64,000 nucleotides of DNA from Eledone cirrhosa (lineage: Eukaryota): the NCBI GenBank assembly GCA_964016885.1, contig OZ024743.1:32240001-32304000 (forward strand). Reading direction: 5' to 3'. Under the pieces are notes generated by a model. The model did no database searches, was not told the origin of the DNA, and worked only from the letters and a program-made list of their open reading frames with translations. Made by a program: the position numbers and the translations under genes. Of this stretch, positions 39,930 to 56,839 are shown piece by piece (within the stretch, counting starts at the first letter, position 1; every line of letters starts with the position of its first letter).

Positions 39930-40788
39930 TTAGCCGCTAAAGGGGTCTCCCTAAAAATGAAAGGCAGGTTGTATGATGCCTGCATACGAACACCAATGTT
40001 GCATGGCAGTGAGACCTGGGCATTGTGTGCAGAGGATATACGCAGACTAGAGAGGAACGAAGCTTGCATGCTCCGCTGGATGTGTAATAGTAATATACGT
40101 GAACGGCAAAGTATAAACGAACTAAGGAAAAAATTAGAAATAAGAGGGATCAGATGTTGTTTATTCGAGAGAATGCTACGTTGGTATGGTCACGTGATGC
40201 GCATGAAAGACGACAGCTGTATAAGAAAGTGCAGGGCAATAAAGATAGATGGTAGCCACGGAGTGGGCAGACCCAGAAAAGCTTGGGACGAGCTGATAAA
40301 TTCCGACCTCACACACTTACACCTCTCCAAGACAATGTCACTCGACCGAGACGTTTGGCGATACTCAGTAATAGAGCAGACCCGCCTTACCTAAATACAA
40401 AGTAAAACCTACTACAGTCAGTAGGCATCTCTAACAAAATACACCCCCGTCCCAACACCCCTACCACATCCACACCGCCCCTTTCAATGTAAAGTTATGT
40501 TGGTGCCACAACATCCAGGCCGAAACAAATGAGATCGTGTAGGTGTCACGACAAAAAAACACACAGTCCACGCTGTAATGTGGCCGTGTAGGCAACACGG
40601 TAAAAACCTCCCAGCTCCACACTGTAAATGTGGTTGGTGTTAGGAAGGGCATCCAGCTGTAGAAAACCCGCCAGACAGTCCTATGCGAGCAAGACAATCA
40701 CTCTTGCCTCAAGTGGGAAAACTCCCGTCCAAACCCATGCAAGCGTGGAACATGGACGTTAAACGATGATGATGATGATGATGATGAT
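39926..40788 (+). mobile_element. RTE family A, 5'-truncated copy 3
   Basis: ORF 39957-40394 plus UTR and (GAT)n. Confidence 0.95.
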
Positions 40789-40830
40789 ATATACATATCT
40801 ATATATATATACATATCAATATATATATAC

Positions 40831-40861
<31 letters not shown>

Positions 40862-40862
40862 C

Positions 40863-40911
<49 letters not shown>

Positions 40912-41133
40912 CTATATATATATATATATATACATATCTATATATATATATATATATATATACATATCTATATATATATCAGTTCCTGTCCCACCCTTGC
41001 AAGCAGGGAAAAGCGGACGTAAAATGAAATGAAAATGAAAAATGATGATATATATACATATCTATATATATATATATACATATCTATATATCTATATATA
41101 TATATACATATCTATATATATATATATACATAT

Positions 41134-43503
41134 CAATAAGGTAGATGAAGCAGTTAAGGCCAAGAGACAGGCATGGAAAGAATGGAAGAAGGGGGGGGGG
41201 GGGGCAGGGTACATTACATAGAGACCAAGAGGGAAGCTAGGCGACAAGTATACTTCGCTAGGAGGGAAGCATAGGATAGAAAATTCAAGCATGTTTTGCA
41301 ACATGAGGACCAGAAACAGGAGGTGTTCAAGATTGCGAGGCAGTGTGTCAGAGATAGTTGTGATGTCATTGGAGAGAAGTCTATCCGGAATGTTAAAGGT
41401 GAGTTTGCCCTCACAAGTGCTGAGAAGAAAGATGCATGGAAGAGTCATTATGATAGATTACTAAATGAGGGGAATGCATGGGAAGAAGAGACCCTACCCC
41501 AAGTAGACCCTATAGAGGGGCCAGCAGTACAAGTCAGCAGCAACGTAGTAAGTAAGGCAATCAAAGATATGAAGATGGGGAAGGCAACCGGTCCATCGGG
41601 TATAGCTGCCGAGATGCTGAAGGCATCTGGGTCTGTAGGTCACACTATAACCACACGTATTGTTAACCAGGTAATACTAGAAGGTGTCATACCAAAAGAT
41701 TGGTGCAGTAGCATCATTGTCAACTGCTACAAAGGTAAAAGCGATGCACTAGGTACAGGAAACTATAGAGGTATAAAGTTGATGGACCAGGTCATGAAAG
41801 TAACAGAAAGAGTTATAGCACAGCTGATTAGTGACCGTGTGAAAATAGACGAGATGTAATTTGGGTTTGTACCAGGAAGAGGCACCACTGATGCCCTCTT
41901 CCTTGTGAGGCAGTTACAGGAAAAGTACCTAGCTAAAAGTAAGCCACTCTACTTGGCATTTGCCGACCTTGAGAAAGCCTTTGACAGAGTTCCACGTGCT
42001 GTAATCTGGTGGGCTCTTAGAAAACTAGGAGTAGATGAATGGCTTGTGAAAGCGGTACAAGCCATGTATAGGGGAGCAGTCAGCAAAGTTAGGATTAGCA
42101 ATGAGTATAGCGAGGAATTTTGCGTACAGGTTGGGGTCCACCAGGTCTCTGTTCTTAGCCCTCTCCTGTTCATCATAGTCCTGCAGGCAATAACGGAGGA
42201 GTTTAAGACCGGATGCCCATGGGAACTCCTGTATGCTGATTACCTCGCACTCATAGCTGAATCTATGGTAAAACTAGAGAAGAAATTCCAAACTTGGAAG
42301 AAGGGACTAGAAAGAAAGGGTCTCAAAGTCAACATGACAAAGACTAAGGTGCTTGTATGTAGACGAGAAAACAGAACCCAGATCCCCTCAGGGAAATGGC
42401 CTTGCTCAGTATGTAGGAAAGGTGTAGGTAGGAACTCCATTCTCTGCCCCAAATACAAACAATGGGTACACAAGAGATGTAGCGGGATCTCAGGAAGCTT
42501 AATTAAGAATGTAGGCTTCACATGCAGCAGCTGTGCAGAGACAGCAAGCAGCAAACATCCACAGGAAACAAGTACCACCAATCTCTGGGAGGGCTCTGTG
42601 GAAACAGTAGACAGCTTCTGCTACCTAGGTGACCGAATTAGCAGCGGAGGTGGGTGTTCAGAAAGTACAATAACTAGGGTAAGAACGGGATGGAAGAAGT
42701 TTAGGGAACTACTACCACTGCTAGCTGCAAAAGGCTTCTCCCTCAGAATGAAAGGCAGACTGTATGATGCGTGTATCCGAACAGCAGTGTTGCATGGTAG
42801 TGAGACCTGGGCGCTGAAGGTGGAAGACTTACGTAGATTAGAGAGAAACGAAGCCTGCATGCTCCGATGGATGTGTAACAGTAATATAGGTGAACGACAA
42901 AGCATAAATGAATTGAGAGAGAGACTGAGCATAAGAGGAATCAAATGCTGTGTGCAGGAGAGGCGGTTGCGCTGGTATGGACATGTGATGCGTATGAAGG
43001 ATGACAGCTGCATAAAAAGGTGCAGAGCACTAGAAGTCGATGGAAACCGCGGAGTGGGGAGACCCAAGATGACCTGGGATGAGGTGATAAAAGCTGACCT
43101 TACCCAATTACACCTCTCAAAGACAATGACACACGACCGTGACTTCTGGCGTCACGCAGTAATAAAGAGTACCCGACCTCCCATGGGTACATGCTGAAGC
43201 ATATAGACAATATGCCCCCACACCCCCCCCACCGCAAGGTGGTCGTGGAGGCGCCACGGCAAAAAAGCACCCAGCCCACACTGTAAAGTGGAAGTGTAGG
43301 CGCCACGAAAAAACACCCAGCACTCACTCTAAATGAGGTTGGTGTTAGGAAGGGCATCCAGCTGTAGAAATCAAGCCAAATCAGTTCCTGCAAGAGCAAG
43401 GCAAGGTCAGCCGACCAGACACTGCCCACAACAGGACAACCCGTCTAAACAATGCTAGCGTGGAAGAACGGACGTAAAACGGTGATGATGATGATAATGA
43501 TGA
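41134..43503 (+). mobile_element. RTE family B, 5'-truncated copy
   Basis: ORFs 41296-41859 and 41905-43197 are in frame across a TAA; YADD>YADY; 3' UTR and (GAT)n. Confidence 0.95.
41296..43197 (+). pseudogene. RTE family B reverse transcriptase, one premature stop and a mutated catalytic motif
   Basis: EM*FGF (Q>stop) at 41857-41859; LLYADY. Confidence 0.9.
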
Positions 43504-43548
43504 TATACATATATACATATATATATATATACATATATACATATATAC

Positions 43549-43629
<81 letters not shown>

Positions 43630-43686
43630 CATATATATATATACATACATTCATATATATACATATATATATATATACATACATTC

Positions 43687-43717
<31 letters not shown>

Positions 43718-43742
43718 CATACATTCATAGATATATATACAC

Positions 43743-43808
<66 letters not shown>

Positions 43809-43889
43809 ACATACATATATATATATATATACATACATATATATATATATATACATACATATATATATATATATACATATATATATATG

Positions 43890-44264
43890 TCAATGACACA
43901 CGACCGTGACTTCTGGCGTCACGCAGTAATACAGGGTACCCGACCTCCCATGGGTACATGCTGAAGCATATAAACAATATGCCCCCCCCCCCCCACCGCA
44001 AGGTGGTCGTGGAGGTGCCACGGCAAAAAAGCACCCAGCCCACACTGTAAAGTGGACGTGTAGGCGCCACGAAAAAGCACCCAGCACTCACTGTAAATGA
44101 GGTTGGTGTTAGGAAGGGCATCCAGCTGTAGAAATCTAGCCAGATCAGTTCCTGTATGAGCAAGGCATGGTCAGCCGAAAAGACACTGCCCACAACAGGA
44201 CAACCCGTCTAACCCATGCTAGCGTGGAAGAACAGACGTAAAACGGTGATGATGATGATGATGA
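43890..44264 (+). mobile_element. RTE family B 3' end, second tandem copy
   Basis: Repeats 43124-43503. Confidence 0.9.
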
Positions 44265-44283
44265 TATATATATATATATATAC

Positions 44284-45843
44284 ATTGTTGACGAATGGCT
44301 TGTGAGGGCTATACAAGCCATGTATAAAGAAACAGTCAGCAAGGTTAGAATTAACAACGAATATAGTGAAGAGTTTAGCGTAAAAGTTGGCGTCCATCAG
44401 GGCTCTGTTCTCAGCCCACTACTATTTATTATTGCCCTTCAGGCTATAACAGAGGAGTTCAAGACAGGCTGCTCATGGGAACTCCTATACGCAGATGACC
44501 TGACACTCATAGCGGAATCAATGGCCGAGCTAGAGAAGAAATTCCAAACATGGAAGCACGGCCTAGAGTCAAAAGGACTTAAAATTAACCTGGCTAAGAC
44601 CGAAGTACTAGTTTGTAGGAAAGAAAACAAGGCGGCGGTCCCTTCTGGGAAATGGTCGTGCTCGGTGTGTAGGAAAGGCGTAGGTAGAAACTCCATTTTA
44701 TGTCCTAAATGCAAAGTATGGGTGCATAAAAGATGTAGTGGGATCACAGGTAAGCTAACTAAGAACATAGATTTTACATGTGGCCGGTGCTCTGGTGCAA
44801 TAAGTAGCAGCAAGTGCCCACAAAATACTAGCTCTTTCAATTGCGCAGAGGGTTCTATAGAAATAGTGGACAGCTTCCGTTACCTGGGCGATAAAATCAG
44901 CAGTGGGGGAGGGTGCTCTGAAAGTACTGTAGCTAGAGTCAGAACTGGTTGGAAAAAGTTCAGAGAGCTTATACCACTATTAGCTGCTAAAGGGTTCTCC
45001 CTAAAAATGAAAGGCAGGTTGTACGATGCCTGCATACGAACAGCAATGCTGCATGGCAGTGAGACCTGGGCATTGTGTGCAGAGGATATACGCAGACTAG
45101 AGAGGAACGAAGCTTGCATGCTCCGCTGGATGTGTAACAGTAATATACGTGAACGGCAAAGCATAAACGAACTAAGGAAAAAATTAGAGATAAGAGGGAT
45201 CAGATGTTGTTTACTCGAGAGAAGGTTACGTTGGTATGGACACGTGATGCGCATGAAAGTTGATAGCTGTATAACAAAGTGCAGGGCAATAAAGATAGAC
45301 GGTAGTCACGGAATAGGCAGACCTAGAAAAACCTGGGACGAGCTGATAAACTCCGACATCACACACTTACACCTCTCCAAGACAATGTCACTGGACCGAG
45401 ACCTTTGGCGGTACTCAGTAACAGAGAAGACCCACCTTACCTAAATATATAGTAAAACCTACTCCAGCCAGTAGGCATCTCTAACAAAATACACCCCGTC
45501 CCACCACCACCACCCCCACCCCATCCACACCACCCCGTTCTATGTAAAGTTATGTTGGTGCCGCGCCATCGAGGCCGAAACAAATGAGATCGTGTAGGTG
45601 TTACGACAAAAAAACACACAGTCCACGCTGTAATGTGGCCGTGTAGGCAACACGGTAAAAACCTCCCAGACCGACACTGTAAATGTGGTTGGTGTTAGGA
45701 AGGGCATCCAACTGTAGAAAACCTGCCAGACAGTCCTATGCGAGCAAGACAATCACTCTTGCCTCAAGTGGGACTACCCCCGTCCAAACCCATGCAAGCG
45801 TGGAACACGGACGTTAAACGTTGATGATGATGATGATGATGAT
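44284..45843 (+). mobile_element. RTE family A, 5'-truncated copy 4
   Basis: Open 380-aa ORF with YADD, then UTR and (GAT)n tail. Confidence 0.95.
44302..45444 (+). CDS. RTE reverse transcriptase C-terminal half with PHD-type finger (5'-truncated)
   Basis: [50 protein letters not shown]. Confidence 0.75.
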   Translation: MRAIQAMYKETVSKVRINNEYSEEFSVKVGVHQGSVLSPLLFIIALQAITEEFKTGCSWELLYADDLTLIAESMAELEKKFQTWKHGLESKGLKINLAKTEVLVCRKENKAAVPSGKWSCSVCRKGVGRNSILCPKCKVWVHKRCSGITGKLTKNIDFTCGRCSGAISSSKCPQNTSSFNCAEGSIEIVDSFRYLGDKISSGGGCSESTVARVRTGWKKFRELIPLLAAKGFSLKMKGRLYDACIRTAMLHGSETWALCAEDIRRLERNEACMLRWMCNSNIRERQSINELRKKLEIRGIRCCLLERRLRWYGHVMRMKVDSCITKCRAIKIDGSHGIGRPRKTWDELINSDITHLHLSKTMSLDRDLWRYSVTEKTHLT

Positions 45844-45944
45844 ACATACATATATATATATACATATATATATATATACATACATTCATATATATATACA
45901 TAGATATATATATATATATATACATACATTCATATATATATATA

Positions 45945-46336
45945 ATAATACACGATAATTAAAAATATAAATTAAAGCGTAAATAAATACCTCTATAACT
46001 ATATAACACACGTACAAATCCAAAGATATGTTTCACCAAAAATTTGTTGAAAGAAATGGTCTAGTCTCGGTTCATCAGCGTGTGTAAGGCTATACATTTC
46101 AGACAACACTAAGAGAATTTTACAATTGACTGTCCAGCTACACATGTGTGAGAGAAGTCACAGCGTGTTTAAGGGCAGTGAACCAGTGGCCTCAGAGGGA
46201 GGAACTACTAGAAAGGGCAGCCCAAAGCCACTCAGAGAAGTGTGCTCAACCAAACAGAGTTAGGAAAGACTGTTATGAGGAGCGAAATATCACGATAAAT
46301 TAACGGAGGCATGCCTCCGTTAATTTATCATGATAT
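45945..46336 (-). mobile_element. TA-flanked hammerhead module with 50-bp terminal palindrome (46287-46336)
   Basis: atatcacgataaattaacggaggca|tgcctccgttaatttatcatgatat. Confidence 0.7.
46006..46085 (-). ncRNA. Type I hammerhead ribozyme motif with all three stems
   Basis: acacacg CTGATGA acc...ggt GAAA catatc-tttg-gatttg TA cgtgtgt; 7-bp stem I, GUA triplet. Confidence 0.8.
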
Positions 46337-46365
46337 ATACATATATATATACATATATATATACA

Positions 46366-46399
<34 letters not shown>

Positions 46400-46410
46400 C
46401 ACATATATGA

Positions 46411-46739
46411 GGAGGCACATGGCTTAGTGGTTAGAGCATTGGCTTTGCAATCGAAAGGTTGTGAGTTCAATTCTCAGACCGGGTGATGTGTTGTTTCCTT
46501 GAGCTAGACACATTATTTTCACATTGCTCCAGTTTACTCAGCTGTAGAAATGAGATTATAGGGACTGGGATCCCTATCATTCGTGGAGGTGCCACGGCAA
46601 AAAAGCACCCAGCACTCACTGTAAATGAGGTTGGTGTTAGGAAGGGCATCCAGCTGTAGAAATCAAGCCAGAATCAGTTCCCGTCCCACCCTTGCAAGCA
46701 GGGAAAAGTGGACGTAAAATGAAATGATGAAATGATGAT
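46411..46739 (+). mobile_element. tRNA-derived SINE family 2 with CORE/V-like middle and RTE-derived tail
   Basis: A box tggcttagtggttagag, B box gagttcaattc, ccttgagc.agacac; tail shared with the RTE-B UTR and the RTE-D end. Confidence 0.9.
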
Positions 46740-48713
<1,974 letters not shown>

Positions 48714-49203
48714 AGATAATTTAATATATCTACTAACATAAGCGCACAGATGTACGCTAATCCCAGCAAATACACAGGTTATGTCATAGTACCTAGGTGG
48801 TTCAATGCAGGAGGATGCAGAACAATAATATAAAAGACGTAAAATAAGAAAATTAAAAAAAAAAATTTTAAAGTATTAACTTACTTACTTAAATTTTCAC
48901 TCCAACTAATTAGTTTCTGCAATGGGATAAAGACAGTTACGTAATGAACTGTTGAGAATTTCATTGCGTCATCAGGGAGGTCTATTCTCAGCCAAGTCTC
49001 CAGGCAGTGCGCGGACACTGGGGACTCATATAAAAATAATAATAATTTGGTAAATGGAACAGCTATCGAGGACTGGATTCCAGGCACTGAAAATTCTCAC
49101 TGCCACTGGTCAAATGGCCGATTCTATATACATATATATACATATATACAAGTTAATTCTTTAAAATTTTTTTTTTTTCTTTTTTTCTTTTACGTCTTTT
49201 ATA
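48714..49203 (-). mobile_element. TA-flanked hammerhead module with detached inverted fragment (49152-49203 vs 48829-48881)
   Basis: tataaaagacgtaaaa...tattaact and its reverse complement agttaat...ttttacgtcttttata. Confidence 0.65.
48900..48979 (-). ncRNA. Type I hammerhead motif
   Basis: ctcc CTGATGA c-gcaatg...cattgc-a GAAA ctaattag TT ggag; palindromic stem III. Confidence 0.75.
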
Positions 49204-49322
49204 TATATATACATATATACATATATATATATACATATACATATATATACATATACATATATATATAATATATATATACATATATATATATACATATATA
49301 CATATACATATACATACATATA

Positions 49323-49656
49323 TTTCATTTTTTTTCATTTCATTTTATGTCCACTTTTTTCTGCTTGCAAGGGTGGGACGGGAAATGATTCTGGCTTGAT
49401 TTCTCACAGCTGGTTGCACTTCCTAACACCAACCTAATTTACAGTGAGTACTGGGTGCTTTTTTGCCGTGGCACCTCTATGACTGGAATGATATGGACCC
49501 CAGTCTCAATCATCTCATTTCTACAGCTGAGTAAACTGGGGCAATGTTAAATAAAGTGTCTTGCTCAAGGAAACGACACATCACCCGGTCTGAGAATTGA
49601 ACTCACAACCTTTCGATTGCAAGGCCAATGCTCTAACCACTAAGCCATGTGCCTCC
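49323..49656 (-). mobile_element. SINE family 2
   Basis: Reverse complement of 46411-46739. Confidence 0.9.
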
Positions 49657-49745
49657 ATATATATATATAGATAGATATATATATACATATCTATATATAT
49701 ACACATATCTATATATATATACACATATCTATATATATACATATA

Positions 49746-49953
49746 TAACGAAGGAAATGTGGTAAGGAACCAGATGGACCATAACGCACCAAAGTACTCA
49801 ATACTTAGGGTAGTAGAGTGGGTAATAGGAACGGGTAGGACCGCGATGGCTGAGCTCAAGCCGTTTCGACGGCTAATTCTGGACTAAATTCTAGTCCAGA
49901 ATTAGCCGTTGAAACGGCTTGAGCTCAGCCGTCGGGGTCCTACTCATTCCTAT
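49746..49953. mobile_element. TA-flanked hairpin element, copy 2 (hairpin 49825-49953)
   Basis: Homolog of 11582-11770 in opposite orientation, with a longer stem. Confidence 0.8.
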
Positions 49954-50074
49954 ATACATATATATATACATATATATATACATTTACATATATATACATA
50001 TATATATATATACATATATATACATATGTATATATATATACATATATATATATATACATATATATACATATGTA

Positions 50075-50108
<34 letters not shown>

Positions 50109-50245
50109 CATATATATACATATATATATATATACATATATATACATATATATATATATACATATATATACATATATATACATATATATACATATATATA
50201 TATATACATATATATACATATATATATATATATACATATATATAC

Positions 50246-50326
<81 letters not shown>

Positions 50327-50356
50327 CATATAAATATATATACATATATATACATA

Positions 50357-50394
<38 letters not shown>

Positions 50395-50441
50395 CATATA
50401 TATACATATATATACATATATATATATATACATATATATAC

Positions 50442-50472
<31 letters not shown>

Positions 50473-50547
50473 CATATATATACATATATATATATATACA
50501 TATATATACATATATATATATACATATATATACATATATATATATAC

Positions 50548-50578
<31 letters not shown>

Positions 50579-50589
50579 CATATATATAC

Positions 50590-50636
<47 letters not shown>

Positions 50637-50740
50637 CATATATATATATACATATATATACATATATATATATCTACATATATATATATATACATATATA
50701 CACATATATATACATATATATACATATACATATATATAGC

Positions 50741-50772
<32 letters not shown>

Positions 50773-50777
50773 CATAT

Positions 50778-50810
<33 letters not shown>

Positions 50811-50927
50811 TATATACATATATATATACATATATACATACATATATACATATATACATACATATATACATACATATATATATACATATATACATATATA
50901 TACATATATATATATACATATATATAC

Positions 50928-50960
<33 letters not shown>

Positions 50961-50979
50961 CATATATACATATATATAC

Positions 50980-51016
<37 letters not shown>

Positions 51017-51193
51017 CATATATATACATATATACATATATATATATATACATATATACATATATATATATATACATATATATATACATATATACATATA
51101 TATATATAAATATATACATATATATATATATACATACATATATATATACATATATATATATATATACATATATATACATATATATATATATAC

Positions 51194-51242
<49 letters not shown>

Positions 51243-51243
51243 C

Positions 51244-51308
<65 letters not shown>

Positions 51309-51311
51309 CAT

Positions 51312-51345
<34 letters not shown>

Positions 51346-51417
51346 ACATATATATATATATACATATACATATATATACATATATATATATATACATATA
51401 CATATATATACATATAC

Positions 51418-51449
<32 letters not shown>

Positions 51450-51451
51450 AC

Positions 51452-51516
<65 letters not shown>

Positions 51517-51585
51517 CATATATATAGATATATATATATATACATATATATATACATATATATATATATACATACATATATATAT

Positions 51586-51664
<79 letters not shown>

Positions 51665-51695
51665 CATATATATATATATACATATATATATACAC

Positions 51696-51726
<31 letters not shown>

Positions 51727-51741
51727 CACATTTATATATAC

Positions 51742-51796
<55 letters not shown>

Positions 51797-51817
51797 CATA
51801 AATATATATATATATAC

Positions 51818-51882
<65 letters not shown>

Positions 51883-51941
51883 CATGTATATATACATATA
51901 CATATATATATATACATATATACATATATATTTATATACAC

Positions 51942-51978
<37 letters not shown>

Positions 51979-52019
51979 CATATATATACATATATACATA
52001 TATATACATATATATACAC

Positions 52020-52118
<99 letters not shown>

Positions 52119-52219
52119 CATGTATATATACATATACATGTATATATATATACATATATATATATATACACATATATATATATACATGTATATATACATA
52201 TACATATATATATATATAC

Positions 52220-52264
<45 letters not shown>

Positions 52265-52293
52265 CATGTATATATACATATACATATATATAC

Positions 52294-52364
<71 letters not shown>

Positions 52365-52365
52365 C
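49954..52365. repeat. About 2.4-kb (TA)n/TACA array
   Basis: Direct reading. Confidence 0.95.
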
Positions 52366-52840
52366 ATCATCATCATCATCATCATCAGGTTTAGCGTCCG
52401 TGTTCCACGCTTGCATGGGTTTGGACGGGGGTTTTCCCACTTGAGGCAAGAGTGGTTGTCTTGCTCGCATAGGACTGTCTGGCGGGTTTTCTACAGTTGG
52501 ATGCCCTTCCTAACACCAACCACATTTACAGTGTGGGGCTGGGAGGTTTTTACCGTGTTGCCTACACGGCCGCATTACAGCGTGGACTGTCTGGCGGGTT
52601 TTCTACAGCTGGATGCCCTTCCTAACACCAACCACATTTACAGTGTGGGGCTGGGAGGTTTTTACCGTGTTGCCTACACGGCCACATTTACAGCGTGGAC
52701 TGTGTGTTTTTTGTCGTGACACCTACATGATCTCATTTGTTTCGGCCTGGATGTTGTGGGACCAACATAACTTTACATTGAAAGGGGCGGTGTGGGTGGG
52801 GTGGAGGTGGTGGGACGGGGGTGTGTTTTGATAGAGGTGC
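52366..52840 (-). mobile_element. RTE family A 3' UTR with about 110-bp internal duplication
   Basis: gactgtctggcgggttttctacag..tggatgccc at about 52473 and 52585. Confidence 0.9.
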
Positions 52841-52874
52841 ATACATATATATATATATACATATATATATATAC

Positions 52875-52959
<85 letters not shown>

Positions 52960-52998
52960 CAGATGTGAGAAAAACCACAGACCCTCCATCTCAACTCA

Positions 52999-53036
52999 CC
53001 TTTTGAAAAGCAGAAGAACTGCGAAACCGGTAAAGG
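52999..53036 (+). ncRNA. Degenerate hammerhead motif
   Basis: cctt TTGAAAA gcag-aagaa-ctgc GAAA ccgg TA aagg; all stems pair but the core has two substitutions. Confidence 0.55.
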
Positions 53037-53173
53037 AACCAAATATATATATATATTTTTTAAAAAAATAAGTCTTCAGTTGCATTTTCGATTTCATCTC
53101 TTTTTCTTTATACTTTCACTCGTGTAGGACACCTCGGTTATTATTCATTTTGTAAAAAAAACCTCACTTTCTA

Positions 53174-53204
<31 letters not shown>

Positions 53205-53235
53205 CATAAATATATATATATATATATACATAAAT

Positions 53236-53301
<66 letters not shown>

Positions 53302-53324
53302 ATATACATATATATACATATACA

Positions 53325-53375
<51 letters not shown>

Positions 53376-53376
<1 letters not shown>

Positions 53377-54359
53377 ACTTTGAATAACTTTGAAATGTTT
53401 TGGCCGGTATTGGCCCAGGCCATGTCTAACTTAATAGCACCACCTGGCGAAGTCTTTCAATTCAGGATTTGGGCACCATGGCCCATTCGAGAAGAGAATT
53501 ACTGTTTGTGGAGACATATCCGGGTGTGGGTGGTTTGTCTGGGATTACTTGGAGGAATTTGTTCAAAGACTTCTTGAATTTTGTGTGGTCAGTTTCTGTT
53601 TTGACGTGTCCTGGTGTGATGTTGAAGAGAGCAGGGCCGATTGAGGTGAAATAATTGTGCCGTATTGTTGTTATGAGTTGCGATTTAGATTTTTGTATGG
53701 GACGGATAGCACGGGGCCCAAGCCTTGGGTGTATCTTGAAGGCGATGCCAACATCATTTGGGCAGTGATGATGGAACATTTTCCACATCATGCAGATAAT
53801 ATAACGCTCACGGCGACGTTGGAGTGAGTAAAGTTTCAGGTTTTCTAGTCGACCCCAGTAGTCAAGGTCTGACATGCCATCTATCTTTTTCGTGATTGCC
53901 CTTTGAGGAGCTTCAAGTTTCATGATACTTTGTTTCGTGTGGGGAGACCACAGTGGACAACAGTATTCAAGGTGTGGTCGGGCAAAAGTAGAGAAGAGAA
54001 GGATAATGGTGTGGGAATCTCTCGACTGGAAGGTTCTGAGGATCCAGGAACACATTCTGCGGGCCATGTCAACTTTGCTGCTTATATGCGTGGCCCAGCT
54101 TATGTTGCTGTCCACGGTTACTCCCAAGTCTCTGATGTTGTTAGATGCCACGAGAGTTTCCCCGGAGGGAAGGGAGTACGGAAGTTTCAGAGCATCCTCT
54201 TTTCCAAAGTGGATCAGTTCGAATTTGTCTTCGTTCAGTAACATGTTGTTCTTTTCCGCCCATTGGGTAACAGCCAGTAGGTCTGACTGAAGGCTTATCC
54301 GGTCATCCATGCCATTGATGACCTTTTGGAGCTTGGAATCATCAGCGAAAATGTTAATG
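53376..54359 (-). mobile_element. CR1-group LINE (CR1/L2/Daphne-like) 3' fragment, ORF still open
   Basis: IFADDSKL...RDLGV...[14 protein letters not shown]...[10 protein letters not shown]; short UTR; tail (ttcaaagtta)2; the N-terminal part of the 417-aa ORF is microsatellite. Confidence 0.9.
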
Positions 54360-55639
<1,280 letters not shown>

Positions 55640-56250
55640 GGTGGCTGCCAACGCGTTTTCGAGTACGGCCACCACTTTATATCCATGTAGGAGAACTCCT
55701 ACCAGTGCGCTAAACAAGTGTGACTTTTTAGTCCAGCCAGTGACTTGAAAACTCTGGTACAAACACTACACTTGTGACAATTATTGACACACATAGTTCT
55801 GGGCCCATGGTACCATGTGACGACAAATGCAGGGAGATCTCCAGATATAAAGCAATGCCTGTGCCGTGAAGCTTTTATAGTGAGCAAAGGCACTGCACAA
55901 AGCCAGTCCCACTCTCTTAACCAAGATAATATTTACCAAAAAGAAGAACAAGTCAACATCATTGGATACCATCAGGGTTGCAGGTGTTATATCAGAGTTT
56001 TCCTTCTCCTAGAATTCTGCCTTGACAAAGGCTAAGGGGTCATCTCTCCCAGTGATTTGGGATGGCCATTGACTCTAAAGAGCGCCTTTGCCCTTTGACA
56101 GGTTTTGTTTTTAGTCCTGCAGGATGTCCAAAGTCACCCTCTTCACCAAGAAACCTTGGTGGGGTTGCCAGTTTAGTCGCCAACGACCCAACCATGATAC
56201 AGGTTGTACTGGGATACATGTTACCAGTAGCACCAACTGGTGACCTGACA
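55640..56250 (-). mobile_element. Non-autonomous bipartite RTE derivative, copy 1 (611 bp)
   Basis: RTE 5'-UTR-like ctaggagaaggaaaactctga; C2H2 remnant [17 protein letters not shown]; 3' end resembling 58893-58927. Confidence 0.8.
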
Positions 56251-56377
56251 CATACATATATATTTATATATGTATATGTATGTGTCAGTCTATTTATATA
56301 TGTATGTATATATGTATGTATGTATATATATATGTATATACATATGCATGTATGTATGTATATATATATATACATAT

Positions 56378-56445
<68 letters not shown>

Positions 56446-56755
56446 ACACATATATATATATATACATATATATATACATACACATACATATATATATATA
56501 CATACACATATATACATATACACATATACACACATACATACATATATATATATATACATACATATATATATATATACATACATACATATATATATACATA
56601 CACACATATACATATACACACATATATATATATACATACATATATATATATATACATACATATATATATACATACATATATATATATATACATACATATA
56701 TATATATATACATACATACATATATACATACATACATACACATATATATATATAC

Positions 56756-56786
<31 letters not shown>

Positions 56787-56839
56787 CATATATATATATA
56801 TACATACATATATATATATACATACATATATATATACAT

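Noticed and set aside
46411-46485. tRNA gene
   Set aside because: It is the head of a multi-copy SINE with a broken acceptor stem
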